From the human T2T-CHM13v2.0 reference genome, Homo sapiens, in assembly GCF_009914755.1 (NCBI RefSeq), contig NC_060929.1: a stretch of 64,000 bases of DNA, one strand, 5' to 3'. Shown here piece by piece: positions 58,476-64,000 of this stretch. The position numbers and the translations under genes are program-made. Position 1 is the first letter of the stretch, and the number at the start of each line of letters is the position of its first letter. The notes under the pieces were generated by a model. The model was not told where the DNA came from, searched no databases, and was given only the letters and a program-made list of their open reading frames with translations.

Positions 58476-59069
58476 GTGACTGTTCAGGATCAAAACAGAA
58501 AAGTTAAAATTGCGGTGTTTTTTAATGAAAGAATTTAAATTAGAGAATTTGGAAAAAATGCTGGAGGTCTGAACACAAAGGAAGAGTGGATACTAAGGGA
58601 CCACAGTTGTAGTGATTTTAGGAAGCACCAATCATTTTTATGGCTGGGACAATAACACATGAGGTTAGGGTTTTAGAACCCAGCAACATGTAGGAAAGGA
58701 TTCTGAACTCAGACCTCTGTGAAACAGCCCCTTTCCAGATGATTGTGTCATTTGAAGAGATGAGGGGAGGGCTGCGGCAGAGTGGTTCAGGGAAGGGAGG
58801 ACTCTGCCAGATAGCAATAAGAAAAGTAATTTTAAAATGGAAAGAAAGATACATAGTCTCTGCCCTCAGAGGCTTTACCATCTATTCATTGAGACAGATA
58901 GTATGCATAAAATATATTTACAAGTTGGTGAGAATTCTTTCTTGAATGTCCCCAATTGCATGAGATATCCATGACTAGAAATAATATATCTGGAACCCAG
59001 GGGAAATGTCATCATGAAAGTCCTACTCTACAGGCTCTAGCTGAAGCTTTGGTCACTCAGGGGATAGAA

Positions 59070-59808
59070 AGATAGCACAGGGACCTCTCTTAAGGGCCTG
59101 TCTGGGCCCCCCTCAGCATGGAAATAAAGGAAGATTTTGAGTTTCTTCAAGAGAAATTCCAGGCAAACGCTGAGAAATAAATGAACAACTTGATAAGCGG
59201 GACGTAATAATAGCTTAAAACAAAAGTCAAAGGAGTTAGAGTCACAAGATCTTTTGTTCTCTATAAAAAACTAAATTTAACATTTTAATATATGTCTTTG
59301 AGTTGTTTTTAGAAACCCAGACCCCCACCAAGTGGATCCACCGGCATGTGGACCTCAGGGAAGGGCTAAGTGAGGACTGAACGTGGACCACCGTTGTTTG
59401 TTCTAAGTTTCTTCCTGAGGGGCCCGGAGGAGGTCACACCCACAGGGCAGAGATAACATTCTTTTGTGCTGATTCAAATCTTTAGATGAAGCTTCTAACC
59501 AATCCCAAATCAGAAAATCTCTGAATCCACTTAGGACTTGTGGGGCTCTGCTTAGAGCCTGCCTGTTTAGGCCAAACCAATGGATGGCCTCCATGTGTTG
59601 ATGTGATCTTGCCTGGAACCTCTGCCTGTCCATCTTTAAAATTCCTTACCTGTAAACCCTCTGGGAATTTGAGTCATAGGCATGACTTGCCCAGTTCTCC
59701 TTGTGTAGTGCTCTGCAATAAATATCTCACTTTCTTTCAATGCAGTCCCAATGTCAGGGTTCAGCTTTGCAGCACCAGGCAGGCGGACCCAACTTTGGTC
59801 CAGTAACA
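59070..59808 (+). mobile_element. MER39-like ERV1 solo LTR
   Basis: agcatggaaataaaggaag...aaattccaggca...tttcttcctgaggggcc...aaatcagaaaatct...gcggacccaactttggtccagtaaca. Confidence 0.75.
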
Positions 59809-61697
59809 ATAGGAGAGAATGATAGCAAGCCTGGATCAGTGAGTTTAAAATAGGATAAGCCAGCCAAGAGTAATCCTAAAGACAGAAGGAGACTCAGAAA
59901 CAGTTAATAATGCAGAAACAAAGTCCAGCAAGAGAATGGACAAGTGATATACAGAGGTAATTGAGATGAGCATTTTAAAAGTCTGTGGAACTGGCAATTT
60001 GGGCATTAAATATGACCTTTGTGAAAGGAAGACTGGCAGGCAGAATTGAGGGTATAAAAGTCAGATGTAAAACACTTTTATTGATTATAACTAATACCAT
60101 AAACACATGATTTAAAGTTTAACATCATTTCCCCCCTATACATTTACATTTATATTCAGAAACATCTTGTGCAATGTTTGGTTTTTTTTTTTTAATACAT
60201 CTCTACGAATACTTAGAATGAAATTGTCAAAATGTTAAATCTGAGTGTAAGAGCTAATTTGCTCTACATTTGTAACCGCTTATCATTATAGCCAGTGTTA
60301 TCAACTTAATGAAGCAGAAGAATTTCCTCCTGGGCCAGTTGCTCAAAACCTTGGTGTCAGGCTAGTAATAATGGTATAAAAATTCTTTGTCACCCTTTTC
60401 TAAGTACAAATAAAATTATTTTATATAGTTCAGGGAATTTGTCACTTTAAGTAATATAAGAAATACTACTGATTTTCTTCAAAACATTATGTGTAGAATA
60501 AATAGAAATACATATTGAGAATTGTACAACTGGCTAAAATCATACTGAAATGTGAATTTAAAATTATCCTTTTTGATCAATTTTGGAAACACTGCTAGGA
60601 CCAAAATATGGCATATGTTAACATTTCACACACTTTATCTTCTTCATAAATTAACATTTACTCATGTAAACCACAGAAAAATTTATCTACTGGGCTAAAG
60701 CTTTAAAAAATTCAACTTTCTGACACTGGTTTTCTATAATTATACTGGACAAGAATTCATATGGAATTCTATATCACTGTAAGAGTAATTTCCTGACTAA
60801 GGTATTCAGATGGAAGGAAGAGAAGCAAATGCCTAAAGACCATATCTTGAACTAGCAAATAGAATAGTCTGTCAGCTGCCTAACTCATTTTCAAGCATTT
60901 TGGCACATCTCAATGTAAAAAATGGTTATGGTTCTGAGAATTTTCTCCAGGTAGAATCATTTATCAAGCTGTAACAAAAGTTTCTCATTTTTTATTAGAA
61001 AAGTTATGAAGCTGAACTTTAGAAATCACTTTCACTCATCTGTTGGTTAAAAAATATCTAGGAAGAGCAAATGCTGTCAAACCTCTGTACTAGTGTAAGC
61101 ATATGTGTATGCTCAAGAGTGCATTTTAAGCACCATTAATGCCGATAAAGCACAGCGCTGCAGTCATTTTTCATAAGTGGTGGCTTTACTGACACAGTCC
61201 CTCTGAACAACCCTCTCCATCTCTAACTGTTCATCTGTCTCACAGAAATAGCAGTGTGTTCATTCATCATTTGAATAATGGGTGGTAAAATCTCCACTCT
61301 TTTTTCTTCTACAGAACTAGTGTACTTTCATGGACTGTGCTTTTTGAGCTCATTAATAGCAATGATGTTATATGGTTCACTCCAGTTCTTTCCCTGGGCT
61401 GTTGCTCACATCATAGGAAGCAATAAAAGGAAGGAGGGAGAATGTGGAAAGAGAATGGGACCCCTGGTGGGTGGGAGTGATTGAGGTAACAGCTCATTAT
61501 CCTTAATAAGCCAAGGGATAGACAAAAGGAGGATAAATAGGATGAATAAACTTTTGGAAACAAATAGTCGTAGGCCACCCTCTCTCTATCTTGTCTCTGT
61601 CCTCTCTCTCTCTCTCTCTCTCTCCAGAGTACTATGTAGCTACCGCAAGTTTTCTGTGGCACAGAAATTATTGCAGGTGGAACATTATTTTCAGCAC

Positions 61698-61796
61698 TCC
61701 AGACTAGATCACTGCAATATGCTCTATTTGGAGTTCCCTTGGAAGACCTCCCAGAAGTCTCAGATAATACAGAGTGCAGCTGTTGGAGATTGTTAG
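61698..61796 (+). mobile_element. Ancient L2/CR1-clade LINE ORF2 relic
   Basis: Translation SRLDHCNMLYLEFPWKTSQKSQIIQSAA, then RLL in a shifted frame at 61787-61795, resembles the post-RT motif SRLDYCNxLxxGLPxxxxxxLQxxQNAAARL. Confidence 0.65.
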
Positions 61797-62236
61797 CACA
61801 AATAGATTTGGCTTAGCTGGAAGCCTGAAGCCTGGAACTAAAATATGTCTGAGCTCAACTGTTAGCTGAAAAGCCCTGAAATAAAAAATATATAAAATAA
61901 TACAAAACCAAATGTTTACATTGTAAATTTTGCAGATAAAAGACTTAGAGATAATTAACTTTGCTTCGTTCTTGAAATAAAAAGGAGGATTCCTAGGTAA
62001 AGATGAAAATGTGTTCAGTCAGGTGGAGCATTCTTCCAAATTGTGAGCCTTGTTTTCGATAGATATAAATACATACACTCTCATATTTGAGTAAAATACG
62101 TATAAAATGGAAAAATGATAATTCTAACAACATTCTTATTGAAAAATAATGAGTAACATTGTTATTTCAATTACACTAAAGTCAATAATGTTTATGTACT
62201 AAAAATGAATCACACAATAACATTCCATTTTTAAGT

Positions 62237-62437
62237 TTTCTCCCTCACCATGTGATACACTGGATTCCCCTTCACCTTCTGCACTCCAGCCTGGGTGAAA
62301 CAGTGAGACCCCTTCTCAAGACAAACAAAAAAACAAACAAACAAAAAACTACTTGGCTTCTGGTGAGGCCTGTAGGAAGATTACAATCATGGCAGAAGGT
62401 GAAGGGGAATCCAGTGTATCACATGGTGAGGGAGAAA
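62237..62437. repeat. Perfect 46-bp inverted repeat (62237-62282 / 62392-62437), 109-bp spacer
   Basis: tttctccctcaccatgtgatacactggattccccttcaccttctgc is the exact reverse complement of gcagaaggtgaaggggaatccagtgtatcacatggtgagggagaaa. Confidence 0.97.
62279..62348 (+). mobile_element. Alu 3' fragment with (CAAA)n tail
   Basis: ctgcactccagcctgggtgaaacagtgagacccc. Confidence 0.88.
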
Positions 62438-62655
62438 GCAGGAGACAGAAGGGGAGGTGCCACCATTTTTTAAACAACCAGATCTCACGTGAACTAACAG
62501 AGTAAGAACATCCCTATTACCTTAGGAAGGGCAAAAAACCATTCATGAGGGATGCATCCCCATTTTCCCAACACCTCCTACCAGGCCCCATGTCAAACAA
62601 TGGGGATTACACTTCAACAGGAGATTTGGAGAGACCAAATATACAAATTATAGCA
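62349..62655 (-). mobile_element. MSTB-like LTR, truncated on its left side
   Basis: ggcttctggtgaggcc...ttacaatcatggcagaaggtgaagggga...taaacaaccagatctcacgtgaac...ggagatttggag. Confidence 0.88.
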
Positions 62656-63203
62656 GTTAGCATTATGAAATTTCTAAACCTTGATTTGAAACATCTATAA
62701 TTATATACAGAAGTATGGATGAGTAAAGCCCACAGACTCTGCAACATCCGTATTCAAGTCTGCTTCTTTTACAGCTTCACATTGATTTTCATTGTGAATT
62801 TAGCAGTCTGTCTACTCCATTAGATTATCGCTAATTTATGAATGTGGTATTTTTCCTAAATATGTAATTAAAAATAAGAAATTGATTATCTTACTTAAAA
62901 ATAGTTGTATTCAAAAATAAAATTAAAGATAACAAAGGAAAGTAAGTAAATAAGTTTATTTACTGCAAAACTGAGGCTCCATATAACAAACCTAAATAGT
63001 GAAAAAATCAAAATGTCTCTAGAAGTCTGCATTGACTATTTTTATCTGATGAATTAATTTATGAGTAATATTCCAATCAAACCTGTGTTAATTACAAATT
63101 GGGGGACCAGTTAGCAGTGTGAGGGACCGAAGGACTAATGTATATTTACATTGTAATAAATCCCATTATATCATTCCTGAACTCAACAAAAAACATTAAT
63201 CTA

Positions 63204-64000
63204 CAGTCATGCTTCACCTAACCACTGTGATACTTTCTGAGAAATGCATCCTTAAACAATTTCGTCATTGTGCAAATACCATAGACTATATACCTGTACT
63301 ACATCTATATATATGTATGTATATATATAGGCTACCACACATCTAAGCTATAAAGTATAGCATGTTGCTCCTAAACTATAAATCTGTACAGTAAGTTACT
63401 GTACAGAATAGTGTAGTCAACTGTAACACAATGAGAGGTATTTGTAACCTAAATATATGAAAACATAGAAGATGAACAAATAAAAATACAGTATAAAAAA
63501 TAAAAAATTGTACACCTGTATAAGGCACTTACTATGAATAGAGCTTACAAGACTGGAAATTGCTCTGGGTGAGCCAGTGAGTCAATGGTGACTGAATACG
63601 AAAGCCTAAGACATTACCACACACTATTGTTAACTTTATGAACACCGTATACCTGGTTGTACTAAATTTATGAAAAAAAAATATTTTTCTGTATTTAATT
63701 ATAAATTAAGTTTGTCACCAGCCTGGACAATATGGTGAAACCCTGTTTCTACAAAAATTTCTTTAAAAATTAGCCAAGAATGGTGGTGTCTACCTGGAGT
63801 CCCAGCTACTTGGGAAGCTGAGGCAGGAGAATCACTTGAACCTGGAGGCAGAGGTTACAATGAGCTGTGATTGCCACACTGCACTCCAGCCTGGGTGACA
63901 GAGTGAGATCTTGTCTCAAAAAATAAAATAAAATAAAATATAAAGCATTTTACTTTATATTTGAAATATTTACCCACTATTTAAATAGATATTTTAATAA
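63204..64000. mobile_element. Tigger3 (MER7/Golem) derivative, interrupted by an Alu, right end uncertain
   Basis: TA-cagtcatgc...ttctgagaaatgcatc...gttgctcctaaactataaatctgtacag...tgctctgggtgagccagtgag. Confidence 0.85.
63717..63942 (+). mobile_element. 5'-truncated old Alu with (TAAAA)n tail
   Basis: accagcctggacaatatggtgaaaccctg...ctgggtgacagagtgagatcttgtctc. Confidence 0.93.

Noticed and set aside
61542-61796. 84-aa ORF read as a real protein
   Set aside because: It runs through a (CT)n tract; only its end resembles a LINE relic.

Overview
Human genomic DNA, AT-rich and dominated by transposable elements; it reads as intergenic or deep-intronic. The species call rests on an AluYb8 with its diagnostic 7-bp duplication. 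No protein-coding gene, RNA gene or CpG island is supported. The longer, recognisable ORFs are Alu, L1, MaLR or Tigger remnants, and the rest look like chance AT-rich frames. The window holds about 15 Alu copies or fragments, many L1 pieces (two with twin-priming inversions), a full-length THE1 element with a 5-bp TSD, solo LTRs (LTR7/HERV-H, MER41A-like, MER39-like, THE1, MST, MLT1) and DNA transposons (Tigger1, MER2, Charlie1b-like, MER58, Tigger3). I found no convincing new biological system. The signals least explained by routine annotation are a perfect spacerless 76-bp palindrome (13451-13526), a perfect 46-bp inverted templated copy at a deletion junction (62237-62437), an ancient L2/CR1-clade RT peptide relic in otherwise unique sequence (about 61698-61796), and an intact LTR7 solo LTR nested in L1. 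Subfamily names come from remembered consensus sequences, not a database search, and boundaries without a TSD or TIR are approximate.
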